NCBI GenBank assembly: GCA_958009085.1
Contig: OY253668.1
Coordinates: 1,426,001-1,490,000, forward strand
Source of the DNA: Protoeuglena noctilucae
Taxonomy: Eukaryota
DNA length: 64,000 nucleotides
Direction of reading: 5' to 3'
Shown: positions 36,172-48,599 of the stretch, one piece after another
Layout of the letters: every line of letters begins with the position of its first letter
How positions within the stretch are numbered: position 1 is the stretch's first letter
The notes under the pieces: generated by a model
Database searches by the model: none
Told to the model about the DNA's origin: nothing
Seen by the model: the letters and a program-made list of their open reading frames with translations, nothing else
Made by a program: the position numbers and the translations under genes

Positions 36172-38419
36172 TCACAGGTCGGCAAAGAAGCTCCCCGTCT
36201 GCTTCCTCTGCGTGCGGGACATAACGGGATTCGCTCGCCCATCTCATCCCAGGGTGCATGTAGCGCAACACGCGTCGTGAGCGACGGCCACCATCGACAC
36301 AGACAGGCTCTACTGCAGACCCTCGATCCGCGCCCCTCGCCTTGTGTTCCTTTCTCCCCGTGATCATCCCCTTTCCCCGCTGCTTCTTCTTCCGTTTCTT
36401 CTTGTCCCCCGGCTCCTCGTCCGTTGAAGAAGAGCTCGCCTCGTCGGCCCCGTCTGCGTATCACGTGGCGCTCCCTGCTTCGCGTCTGCCTCCCTGCCCA
36501 TGCAAGCAGAGGCTCCAGAAGGCCGTACGCCAATCACGAAGTCACACCTGAATCGCTCTCCCCGGAGTCGCCCTCGGGATCGCGCCCGCCAGCCCCGTCG
36601 TCTCTCCCGGACCCCTCCGCAGCGTCCCCTTCCGCCGCCCTTGGCCCCGCCACTGGCTCCCCTTCCGCCTTGCCCTCCTGCGCCAACATGGTCGAGGAAA
36701 GAACGTCGTGCGGCTCCTGGCTCTGCGTCGTGTGCAGCACACCGAGCGCCGCACGAAATGCCAGTCGTGCCAGGGGTCGCCACCGCTGCCGTGCTGAGCA
36801 CCAGAGACGGCCTCCCGCAGCTCATCTCACTTCGTCGGAGCCTGAGCTGAGCATGTCCGAGATGTCCCACAGCTTGACGGTGTTGTTGTGCGATGCGCTG
36901 GCGAGCCAGCAGCGGTCGGGCGTGATGGCCAAACGCTCAATGGGGAAGTCCGTGTGTTCGCCCACGACCCCCAGCATCTGCGACGGCAGCACGGGCGACG
37001 TGTGGGCTCGCACGCCTGCGCTAGCGAGGATGACCGATCGCCTCGGCCATCCTGATGCTGCCACCACGACCCACACCAGCGCATCCTTCGATCAAGAGCC
37101 GAGTCAGCAGTCCCTTGCCTTGTTGGGAAGGATAGACAGCACGCGGATGAGGCCGTCCGCGGACCCCGTGATGATCAGATCGTCGTCGTACTTGACGATC
37201 GCATCCACGCTCGAGGGATGGCCCGGGAAGCGGTCGCTGCAATCGTTCCAGAACCTGGAAAGCAAGGAAACGAGGATAAGAGCGTGGCGCGCCGGACGGG
37301 GCGGCCAGCCGTCGCTCGCCAATGGCGCAGGAAAGACCTCAGCAGTCAGGAGGGAGCAGCACCTCATCGATAGTGTCAATGAACCGAGCAAGGAACCGCG
37401 GTTCAAGTCCTTACCCGTATGAAAAGAGACTGATGACGCCGCTCTGGCAGCCGATGACGACCTTGGTGCCGCCCTCCCGCAGGTGCCTGCGCATGACCGC
37501 GACCGACAGCATCTCGTCGTCCGCGTCCGTCTCCGACTGCGCGAACTTCTTCCCCTTCCGCGCGTCGTGCAGGGACACGGTGCCGTCCCCGCTCACGGCA
37601 ATCAGGCGCTTCTGCGCGGAACAGAGGGCAGGCCAATAGCCCCGTGTCCCCGCCTCATGTCAGCCTGCTCGGTCCCCCTGCAGCCGACGCCCCGGCAGCG
37701 GTCGCGTGCAATGGCCAACTCGCCTCATCCGCATGCCACCACATGTCCCCGATAAAGTCGGTGTGGCTCCGGAAGGAACACACGGGGGAAGAAGCGCGGA
37801 CGTCAAACACCGCAATCGTGCCGTCCTGCGAGGGTGGGGGGCGCGGGGGCCGTGGCAAGCAATGCCACGTTGCACACCGTGCCTTATGACCCACAGCGAC
37901 CAGCTCCCTGCAGCCCCTGCACCCTCGCAGCCCCTGCGTGCCCCACCTCGCCCCCCACAGCAACCGTGGACTCGTCCAAGCAGTGCACCCGTGTGACGGC
38001 GGCGGGGAGTGCCTTTGCGTATGCGCGGACCTCCTTGCAGTCCTCTACGCCGCTCACAACGACCCCGCCACACTTCGCCCCCGACACGAGGTGCCCCGAC
38101 CCCAGGAACGAGATGGCACGGACAGGCTGGTCGCCGTGGGGCCGGAACTCATCCAGCGCGCCTTCGGGGGCACGAGAGTGGACGATACGGTCGGCATCAT
38201 GGCAGAGACGTGCGCGGGAGGAGCCAAGGGCCGCTCCAGGACGGCACGTGCTGCAGTGGGGCCGCCCCACTCACCGGCGTCCTCCTTCCGGAAATCGAAA
38301 ATGGTTACGTCTCCCTCGACAGTTGCTGATGCGAGGAGGTTGTCCGATCCATGGAACGCGCAGTCCAGGGGCTGCGATAGCAGCTCCAGCACGTGTGCTG
38401 CCCCCTCCGCGCTCGACAT
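36172..38419 (-). CDS. WDR55: WD40-repeat protein, WDR55-like, spliced
   Basis: WD repeats, DCSDRFPGHP, ITGSADGLIR, LGVVGEH..FPIE, LASASH, and an acidic/Lys-rich tail ending SFFADL*. Confidence 0.85.
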
Positions 38420-39272
38420 GGCCCGGCTGTTGCACGCACTCGCAGCAAAGGGTGTTGGCTGTAAGGGTAAGGGGGTCGGAGGAATTTGGCTGGCGCCAAC
38501 CCGCAAAGCGGTGGCTGGCTGCTCGAGGTGAAGGACGAGACTGCAGCAAGGGACATGCGCAAGAGCGGCGAAGCTACTACTACCTTTGCTGAAGACGATG
38601 TGTGCTTGAAGAGTGGAAGAAAAGGATGTTGGGGGCGCTGTTTTGCCAGTGGACCGCCAGTGACACGCGCCATTGCCAACACAGTCTGTTCTGGGGTCCG
38701 CTACACCATCTGCTGGACAATACTGCCTCTCTCTGTTCCATCCAACCATTCTCTGCACCCCCTTGAGGCAAGACTGGAGAGGATTTGAAGAGAATGCCTG
38801 CTGCAACTCACTTCTCGGCGCTTCAAAGGCCGGCTTGAGAGTCCGAGGCCAAGAGTGGTGAGATGAGAGTACCCTGCGTCAGGACGTTCAAGCTGCTGCG
38901 CCATGCACCTGTGTGGACGCCACTGCTCCAGGATTTGCTCTGCGGCCTGTTACCGCGCTCCCTTGAAAACCTTTGGCCGGAAAGTTGCAGCCATTGCTTC
39001 ATTTACATATATTCCATCCGCTGAGCCCACGTGTGCCTTCTGGAGGGTCTTCGCGCCACCGACAGCGGCTGCCATTCATTTGCGTGCGCTGCCAACCGCA
39101 GGACCTCCCCGCCTCGCTCGCATCCAGCGCGCTTGCTCGCTGTCGTAACGAACGCATGCGCGATAATCAATGTCGCCATGCAATCCGCTGCCTGACTCTC
39201 GCCTCGCCTCACCTGCTGCAGGACTGCCACACCACCCGGCATTGAAGCCGTATCCATTGGCAAGGGGCATCC

Positions 39273-41645
39273 ATGGCGGGTCAGCCAGCACATCCCGTGC
39301 AGTTTTCTGCACCAGGCTCCTTTCCACACCCGTCGGCGATCATGCAGCCGACGGCGGCACCGCCAGGAGGTCAGGGTGAGGCGCCTATGCCACCCTGACT
39401 TGGCCCTTCGCATAGTAATCCATCCACCTCCGTCCCTTGCAACTTGCGCATCCTTGACAATGTCCCGCAGCTCCTCTCCCCGTGGCCACCCTCCCCGCCA
39501 TCGCCCACCTCCGTCACCTGCAAGAGGTGGGCCCAGACGCGACCGAGACCACGGACGCTGGGGAGGTGGATCCCATGACCGCAGCGCTGCACACGTCCTC
39601 TGTGCGCGTGCGTGATGCCCTCACGCCCCTCGTGGAGGACGTCAAGGACCAGGCAAAGGCCCTGGGGACGTACTACAAGGCGCCCGTGGGTGTCGTCATC
39701 ACACTGCTCCTGCCAGGTGCGGCCAGGCCCTGCAGCGCACCGTGGCAATGCACAGCTGGTGAAACGAATGTGGCCTTACCCTAACCATCTGCAACAGCGA
39801 GGGCTCTGCCGCGATCGTCCTCCCGTCGACCTTCCTTGCAGACGGCAGCGTGCACTACGAGAACGCGGGGAACGTGTTTGAGAGCGTGCGGGACACGAGC
39901 CTGCCCCTCGCGTTCCTGTCCGCTCGCGCCCAGCTGGATATCGCACTCAAGCGCCACGCCCAGCATTGGGCGGCGTCTCAGCCCACGCCCCTGCGCCTGC
40001 CTGGGCTCGAGGGCGCAGGGCCTCTCAGCATGCCCTTCCCGATGGCCGCCCCGCCCATGCCGCAGCCGACCCGGGCGCCTGGCAGGTGAGGGCGCCGTGT
40101 GCTCTCAGGAGACACAGCTGCTTGGCTGTGCACATGGGCGAGCGCACTCGCTGTGCGCGAACCTCGCCCAGTCCGCGTGTGCTACATGGCGACGAACTGT
40201 CCTGCTCTGCAGCGGTAGGAACGTTGACCGCGCCATCGCAACGGCGACGGGCCTGGAGGGGCTCGAGGCGATCCAGGAGGCCATGGAGGAGGACGCGGAC
40301 GATTCCTGGAAGAGGTTCAAGAACCTTCTGCGGGACACGGCGCGCGGCGTCATCCGCGACGTGATGAAGAAGCACGTGCGGGGAGAGGAGAAGCTCGTCC
40401 TGTGCAAATCCACCCTCTGCCTGCGGTCGATGCAGTGCACCTGCCGGCCCGTGCGGCAGAAGCTCCGGGTGCCCGACGGGGTGCCTGGCTCTCGGGCCAT
40501 CGGGACACTCGCGCTGCCCAAGGCGAGGGCCTCGCAGCAGCAGGGCGTAGTGCGCAGTGCACAGTGCGGGCGGGACGCTGCGCGGGACCCCTCGATTGTC
40601 ATGCCAAGCCTCCATTTACCTTGCCGTGGGTGTGTGACGTTCCGGATCATCGGTCACCGCAGGAGACGTACATCCGCATCGTGCTGTGGGCCCGCAAGCT
40701 GTTCCCTGACACGTACAAGCGCTGCGTGTCGAGCAGCGTGGAGATATGGATTGACAAGGAGGTGAAGCGCCTGAAGAAGCGGAACATCAACTTGGAAATT
40801 GACGCGGGCGGGGAAGGGAGCGAGGGAGAGCCTGGAGTTGGGAGTGACGCCGAAGCTGCGGGCCGGGGTGGCGGAGAGGGCGAGGGCGAGGGCGAGGCTG
40901 GGGATGATCGGGGCAGCGACCAGGAGCCTTCACCAAGGCGACCGGCGCCTGCACGGAGAGGGACTGGCGGCCGCAGGGGTCGCGGAGGGAGGGCGGGGGC
41001 CGGGGGCAGGCAGGCGGCTGGCCCGCTAGGGGCGGGTGGTGGGCGAGGCACAGGCGGCTTGCGCGAGCAGGTGAGAGTGCGTTTCTGCGATCGGAGATGC
41101 TACAGGACTGCGCTTGACTTGTGGGAGTCTTTCAGTCATCTCAGTCTAATGGTTGATGATGGCGAGGCATGACAACTGTGTTGTGCTTGGTTACGAGCCA
41201 ACCCCACTCTAACTTGCAATGTCTCGGGCCCTCGCAGGCACCAGCCGCGGCGATGCCGGCGATAGGGCCCTTAGCTGGCCCGGTCTCGCAAGCGCCACCC
41301 ATCCCGGTCCGCTCGGCCGCCCCCAGCCACATGCACCCCGGGGTTCACGCGGCCGGGCCCCACCACCCGCTCATCCGCATGGCAGGCCCCTACGGCGCAC
41401 CGTCTGCCTTTAGCATGCCGTTCTCTGCGCAGATGGCCGTGCGCCCGATGGCGCACCCCGGCGGGCCCCCTGCCGCGCGCCCCTCCCTCAGCAACACGTC
41501 AGACCCGTCCGGGGGTCTCGACTCCACCGCAGCGCACCACATTGCTCTCCTGGCGCGCGTCGCGCAGATGCAGGGGTTCATGGGCCCGCAGATGATCAGG
41601 CCGCAGCAGCCGCAACAACCCGCCAAGCGGCCACGGTTGGAGTGA
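39273..41645 (+). CDS. Hypothetical protein (Pro-rich termini, helical middle, C-terminal KRPRLE NLS-like motif), spliced
   Basis: In-frame GT-AG exon chain from MAGQPAHP... through ORF pieces starting at 39482, 39850, 40402 and 41169. No family recognised. Confidence 0.55.
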
Positions 41646-42149
41646 CGCCATTCGCATCCCTGGCCAACCATGTGCCCTTTAGAGCACCAGACTTTGCGAC
41701 GCTTTTCTTTCCTCCGCTTTCCACTTAGATCTCCGGACAGCGCAGTGCCAGCAGCGCCGAATGGGCATGCAGAGTTGCGTGCTCGGACGACCTCTCTCCA
41801 ACAACTCCGCTCTGATTCTCACGCCGTTGTTACATTATCATATAATCTGGGCCTGAGCCACTCCATTGAACGAGGAGGCATTTTTAGAAGGCGACACACG
41901 CTGCACTTAAGGGCGCGTCGTGCAGGGCTCGCCCGCGCTGCTGCTACCAGGCTGGTGAGACCCGGCAGGCGACCACGACCGGTGAGCGAGACCAGGAATG
42001 GCCCCCGGCGGGCCCACGCATTCACAGGGTGCAGCAGCAACACACGATAGGCCACACGAGGTATCAACCGCAGACGTCGCCCCCGCCGATCCGCACCCTG
42101 ACCCTGCGCCCCCGTGCGCTCCCTCTCCGCCCCTCGCTGCGGACCTGAC

Positions 42150-43827
42150 TCAGGCCTTCACCTTGGCCCGCAGGTCCGCAATCTCCTTTTCCATCGCAGA
42201 GATCTGCCCCGGCCCGTCCATGACGTCCTCCGTGGGGACGAACGGCTGGACGAGCATGCCCGAGAAGGGCTCGAGCTTGTCCGAGCCCCGCACCTCCTCG
42301 GACTGCAGCGGCATCCTGCACGGAAGACGAGGGCGGGGGATTTAATTGCTGTCATCGAGAAATGGTGTGCGACGGACTGCCGTCAACACACCCCGCCACT
42401 ATCTGGCACGAGATGGAAGCGTGATCTGGCACAGGCTGGGCGCAAGGGCGACGGTCAATGTGCGGCGACGCGCCTGGTGATGTAGAAGTCCTCGTAGAGC
42501 TCGTAGAACTGGTCGAGGTACTTCTGCTGCATGCGCACGCGCGCCTCGAGGAGCCGCGACTTGTGCTCCTTCTCCGGGAACAGGACCTGGTTGATGACGA
42601 TGTTGCGGCAGTCAATCTCGAACTTGGCCAGCTCCTGGACCAGGCGCTCCGTCTCGTAGAGGGAGAGGAACTCGGGGATGCAAACACACACGAACGTCGT
42701 CAAGTTGGGGTCCCGGAACTGATTGTTGACCTGCGCGGGTGCCAGCAGGTGCGGCGGGCTGCATTAAGACGGGCGTGTGCAGGCCTGGCGATGAGGATGA
42801 GCGGTGTCGGTCACGCAGCTGCAGACGAGGGCATGGGGCCAAAGAGAGACACCCCCCACGCCTCACCTTGGTCACGATGTCCTTCATCTGCTCGAACTTG
42901 CCCATCAAGTCGTCCTCCCCGGGCGCCGACCCCCCGAACAGCGACATGGCCTGCTGCAGGATGCCGCCGAATGACCCCTTGAGCCCCGTGAGCTTGTCCA
43001 GTGCCTTCTGCAGCGTGCTGGGGAACTGCAGCAGACGCAGCGTGTGTCCCGTGGGCGCCGTGTCGAACACGATGCAGTCGTAGTCCATGGACTGGACCTG
43101 CTTCATGACCTCCGCAAACGACACGGCCTCGTCGATGCCGGGGATGGACCCCGCCAGGTCCGCGAAGAAGCTCCCCTCCTCCCCGAGGCCCTCGAGCTCC
43201 GAGTCGGGGGCGTTCGGGTCCACTTCCTGCGCAGGCGGGGCGCAGGCGGGGCATGGCGCGGGGACGCGCTGGGCGCAGGTCCTTGGGCAGCCGGCCCGCA
43301 GAGCCGAAGGGCGGGCGCCGCGCACCATTGCGTAAAGGTTGTTAAACCCGTTGATGAGCGAAGGGTGGCGGTTGAACTTCTGCCGGAAGGCGTCCGAAAG
43401 GTTGTGGGCCGGGTCCGTGGAAATGATCAGCACTTTGTTCCTGCAAAGACACGGCGCGGAGGGCCGTGCGCTCTCCGCGCACAATCCAGGCTCGCTCCGT
43501 CGCTGGGCGGACCCCGACGGCGGCCTCCGCACTCTTCGGCTCGCACATGGCCTAGATCTTTCCCACGACAGAAGAACCGAGCGCAGCGGGGCCCGTGCGA
43601 TGCGCGGGGGATGGAGCGGCCATGAACAGCGCGATACCGGAGCAGACAGTCACGTACGACGCCCGCGCGGCCCCGCACCTGTTCTTGGCGAGCTGAATTG
43701 CGAGCGAGCACGACGTGGTTGTCTTCCCCACCCCACCCTTGCCGCCCACGAAGATCCACTTCAGGCTCTTCTGGTCAATGATGTTTTGCAAGCTCGGCTC
43801 CATGGCCGGGCCTGCCCCGTTCGCCAT
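42150..43827 (-). CDS. GET3: GET3/ArsA/TRC40 ATPase (cytosolic type), spliced
   Basis: [46 protein letters not shown] and [14 protein letters not shown]. Confidence 0.95.
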
Positions 43828-44158
43828 CGCGCCCTGCAGCGCCCTCGGGGCGTTCCAACCGGACGAAGCGGACCGGGGGGACGCGAGATGCCACCTGGCG
43901 ATGTAAGCCGAGCTCAGCAACAAGCACACCAGACTGCCGGATGGAAGGGAGGGCGCGAGCAGCGACGAATGAGCTGCAGTGCCGGCAACGCCAGTGCGCC
44001 GCCAGATGCAACGCGGCCTGAGCGATACAACGCGGCCTGAGCGGCTCTTGTCGAGCCAATCGTCGATCACGGTAACTTGAGAAAGCTGGACTGTTTCTTT
44101 TCTCGCTATCCGCCCCCTCTCGCGCTTTTTTGGCGCAGCCATTCACTTGTGGGACGAA

Positions 44159-44721
44159 ATGGGGCACCCCGCCGACAATTACGACGCGTACACGGAGCAC
44201 CACCATGAGGACCACAATGCGGTGTTGCAGAAAAAGCAGGAGCAGAAGGTGGTCCTTGGCTGCTGCGTGCCGACGGGCGCTCGTCCGCACCGGCGCTAGT
44301 AGCTGCTCGATTGGCGCTTCCTTGCTCGATCTGAACTAAAGATGCTTTAAATAATTCGGTAGCGACCGCTTGGCGGACGGCAATGCGGCCTCGAGGCGGG
44401 GACGCAAACTGTCTCGCATAACTGTCTCGCATCCGCGGCTTGCAGGGCCAAGTGCGCATGCCCAGGCACTCCGGCAACGACAAGGCCCAGCGTCCCGCAA
44501 AGGTGGGTTGCTGGGGTGGTGCGGGGATGACGAGGGCGCGCGACGTCGCCCCCTAACCACCAGGGGTGTCGCTCGAGTGCAACGTCGCTCCCCAACCACT
44601 GCGACGGTCGACCGCCACCTTTGCGCAGGGGGGAGCGGGCGGGAAGACCGTGTGGGGCACGGCCAAGGACGAGATCGAGGAGGGGATGCGGCAGTTTCGC
44701 AACAGCGACGTGGCCGAGTGA
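44159..44721 (+). CDS. 79-aa three-exon microprotein (exons 44159-44248, 44446-44502, 44629-44721) with an Stf2/Tma10/SERBP1/PDCD4-like motif
   Basis: Phase-0 GT-AG splicing gives MGHPADNYDAYTEHHHEDHNAVLQKKQEQK|GQVRMPRHSGNDKAQRPAK|GGAGGKTVWGTAKDEIEEGMRQFRNSDVAE*. Confidence 0.75.
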
Positions 44722-44735
44722 GCGAAGTCCGGGCT

Positions 44736-47700
44736 TCAACCGCTTTGGGCCTTCTCGGCCCCAGGCTCGCTAGAGGGGTAGCCGTTCGTCACCAGCCACG
44801 CTCCGAGCTGGAAGGCTCCCGGCACTTGCAGCGCCGCCTGAATCATCCCGGCCGCATCCACATCACGCGACCTGTCCCCGGGCGAATCCTTTTGGAATAT
44901 CTGCGCCGCGCGCCTGCTCAGCTTCATCTTGCCGTTGTCCATCGTGTCCAGGAGCATCACGTCGACGACGTCGCCCTCCTGCAGGCCGCGGCCAGGGCGC
45001 GCGAGTTCGCGACGGCTCGCAGCACGACCCCCTTCGCATGCCTGCCCGCGTTCCCACCTTGACTGCGTCAGACACCTCCTTCACGCCGTTCACGTCCAGC
45101 TCAGAGATGTGGACGAGGCCCGTCTTGCCCGGCAGGATCTCGACGAACGCCCCAAACGCAGCCAGGCCCGTCACGACGCATCCGCGGTAGAGCTTGCCCT
45201 TCTCCGGCTGCGGCAGGATCGAGCGGCACGATCGCACCGTGCCGCAGCCATCGCGCGATCGCGTGCCCCAGGCCCTTGCCGCGCCCCTCGCGGCCCTCAC
45301 CTCTGCGACGATCGCCTGGATGACCTCGCGGGTGCGCGCGAGGGAGCCCTCGTTCGGGGTGAGGATGTCCACGGACCCCGAGTCGCTGTCGACCGTCACA
45401 GTGGCGCCCATGGCTGCCTGGATGGCCCGTACCACCTTGCCCTGGGGGCCGATCAGCGCGCCGATCTTCTCCTTAGGGATCACCAGGCGGGCCATGCGCG
45501 GCGCGAACGGCGACAGGGCGCCCCGCGGGCCCCTCTTGCTCTTAAGCATCTCCCCCAGGATGTGCTTCCGCCCAACGCGCGCGCGCTCCAGTGCCACCCG
45601 CATGATCTCCAACGTGATGCCCTCCACCTTGATGTCCATCTGGAAAGCCGTCACGCCCACCTGCGCAAACATGCGAGCCGCGGGCGTCGGCAACCCTCTC
45701 CTGGGCCCGACGCAGCGATGACCCCTCAACGCGCCCCTGCACTGCACCGGCTGCGTCCCTCACCATGCCGCCCGCGACCTTGAAGTCCATGTCCCCCAGG
45801 GCGTCCTCGGACCCCAGGATGTCCGACAGCACCACAAACTTCCCCGAGGGGTCCAGGACGAGGCCCATTGCGATGCCCGCCACCGGCTCCCGGATCGGCA
45901 CCCCCGCGTCCATCAGGGCCAGGCAGCCGCCGCAGACGGACGCCATGGACGACGACCCGTTGCTCTCTGTGATCGTGCTCTCGACGCGCACCGTGTAGGG
46001 GAACGAGTCGAGGTCGGGCACGGCCGGCGCCAACGCGCGCTCCGCCAGCACCCCGTGGCCCAGCTCCCGGCGACCCGGGCCGCCGACGCGCCCGACCTCG
46101 CCGACGGAGGACGGTGGGAAGAAGTACTGCAGGTAGAACCGCGACACCTCCTCCTCGTCCGCCAGGCCACTGGCGCTGAGGCCGTCGCGCTCCGACCCCA
46201 GCGTCGTCACGGCCAAAGCCTGCGTCTCGCCGCGTGTGAAGAGGGCGCTGCCGTGGGCGCGGGGCAGGAGCCCGCATCGCGTCGTGATGGGCCGGATCTC
46301 GTCGGCCGCCCGCCCGTCCGCCCGGTAACCCCGCTGCAGCACGAGCCCCCGCATCACTTGGCTCTCCACCCTCTTGAACGCGATGGCCACGTCCACCTCC
46401 GTCGGCACCACCTCCAGCCCGCCCCCGTCCGCCAGCTCCTCCACGCAGCGCCCCAGGGCCGCCGCCAGCACCGTCGCCCGCTGCGACTTCGTGTTCTGTC
46501 CCAGGTAGGTCTCCTGGACCTCCTCCGCAACCATCTCCCGCACCCGGTCCTCCAGGCCGTCGGGGAGCGCGTAGCCGTCCTGCGCGCGCTCGGCCAGGGC
46601 GACGATGTGCGGCGGTATACGCAAGGTCGCTGAGCGCCCCGAAGGCACAGCTCACAGCAAAGGGGCAGCTGCGGTGATCCACTTGCGAGCAGAGACCCGA
46701 GCTCACCTCTCGCGGGGCCTTGCCGACCGTGGCTGCCCACTGCTGCATCGCCCCGCAGATGGTGGCCACGACCTTGTGCCCCCTCTCCACCGCAGCGAGC
46801 ATCTGATCCTCGGAAAGGAAATCCGCGAATCCCTCAATCATCAGCACCGCATCCTCGGTCCCTGCCTGCAGAGCGCGTGGCCGGGGCAGCGCAAATGAGC
46901 GTACATCCAGCTCCATCATCCAGTGCCCAAGCAGACGAGGGCAGCAAGCCTGGGTCGGCTCCGCTCGCGCTGACGCAGCACTCACCATGACCAGGTCGAG
47001 GGTCGAACTCTTCATCTGCTCGACCGTCGGGTTCACCACGAATTCCCCATCGACCATGCCCACCCGCACCCCCGCCACCGCCTTCTGGAACGGGATGTCC
47101 GAAACGAGCAGCGCCGCCGCCGAGCACGTGATGGCGAGGGGCTCGGGAGAAGTCTGCGCGAGCATGGGTTCGGCACACATGGCACCCACATGACATCGTG
47201 TGCGGGGCAGTCGTGGCCGCATTGAGTGCGCGACCAAACATTGTGTCGCGTCTGGTCTCCACAATCTGCAGCGAAAACGGTGCAAGGCCCACCCCACGCA
47301 GGCCATGCGACCGTGACGTGGTGCAAGGACCCCATCCTCACCTGACCGTCATACGACAGCACCCACGAGAGGACCTGTGTGTCGTAGGGCCACCCCTCCT
47401 GGAACATCGGGCGCAGGGGGCGGTCGATCAAGCGCGCCTTGAGCACCTCCGAGTCCCTGGGCCTCCCGTCCCTCTGCATGCGAAAGTGAGGGCCCGCATG
47501 TGTGGACCGTAAGCACCCACCGACCTCGCCTCCCTTCTTGAGCGGATCGCGCAATGGACGGGCACCTTGTTGTACCCCGTGGCGGTCTTGCCCATCGCGG
47601 ACATGCGCTCGTGGTAGTGGACCTGGAAGGGGACGAAGGAGCCATCGCCGACCGCCGGGCCCGCGCATGCGGTGGCGTACACGACGGTGTCGTTCTCTGC

Positions 47701-48313
47701 GCGACGCGGGGGGCGGGGAGGACACGGTCGCGATCAAACTTGCCGAATTGGCGGCTTCCGTCCACGCGCTGGGCCCCCGGCCTCGTCGGCTGCCATCGCC
47801 CACCTTGGCCAAAGACTGCTCCTGCCGCCTGGCGACCGATCTCGCCTGTCTCGAGCGATATAATCCTGCGCGGGGCAGATGAACGGAAATAAGGAAGCGC
47901 ACGTGAGGGGTAAAGCCCGGCCATTTCCTCGAATCGCGAGGCGCCGTGGTCGTTTGCGAAAAGGACAACGGCGGCCAGAACCGAGCGCCGCTGCCCTCCG
48001 ATGGGACATGGCACGCGTTCATCTGTCACCTGCCAGGCTCGTACTCGATCTCCAACCGCTGGGCGACCAGCTCGGCGTAGGTCGTGATGGCAGCAGCGCG
48101 CGGGCAGTCGGGACCCCGCCTCCGGAACGCCCGGCTTTTGCGGGTGCCCAACGGGCTTGATGCGCTCTCCTTGTATCTATGCGCATCTGGGCGCGCGTGG
48201 GCCGCGTGCAAGGCGCGGCGCCCGCCCGCATCCACGCGTGCAGCTTGCACGCAGCCGTCCCAATCCAGGGCCACAGGTGCCGCGCCGCGCCCAAGAAGGG
48301 CGGCCGGCCGCAT
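44736..48313 (-). CDS. PNP: Polyribonucleotide nucleotidyltransferase (PNPase), probably plastid-targeted, spliced
   Basis: [71 protein letters not shown], a KH domain ([10 protein letters not shown]) and an S1 domain ([15 protein letters not shown]). Confidence 0.96.
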
Positions 48314-48599
48314 TTTCACGAGGGCACTTCAGTCCGTGCAAGCTGCGAACTACTACGATCGAAGGGTCAAGAATCACGCAGGCAAGGCAAGTGTTCACTT
48401 TTTTACTTTGTTGGCCTCAGCAGCAGTCTGCGCCAGGAGCAGGTCAGCTGCCCACGACGCATCCAACGACGCTTAGGGGCAATCCGTCTGCCCCAAGACC
48501 GCGTGGTGTCAGCCACTGGCATCCGACTGGCACCCACGCCAGTTGTGCTGCAGGCGTGGGTGGCCGCATCCGGCACACAGCATGCTGCCTCTCGCCAGG

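Noticed and set aside
42520..42600. GET3 lacks the CxxC zinc-dimerisation motif
   Set aside because: This absence is already known for plant cytosolic GET3a-type proteins.
44005..44045. Short direct repeats (caacgcggcctgagcg x2; also at about 23380, 44408 and 63820)
   Set aside because: These are small local duplications with no evidence of function.
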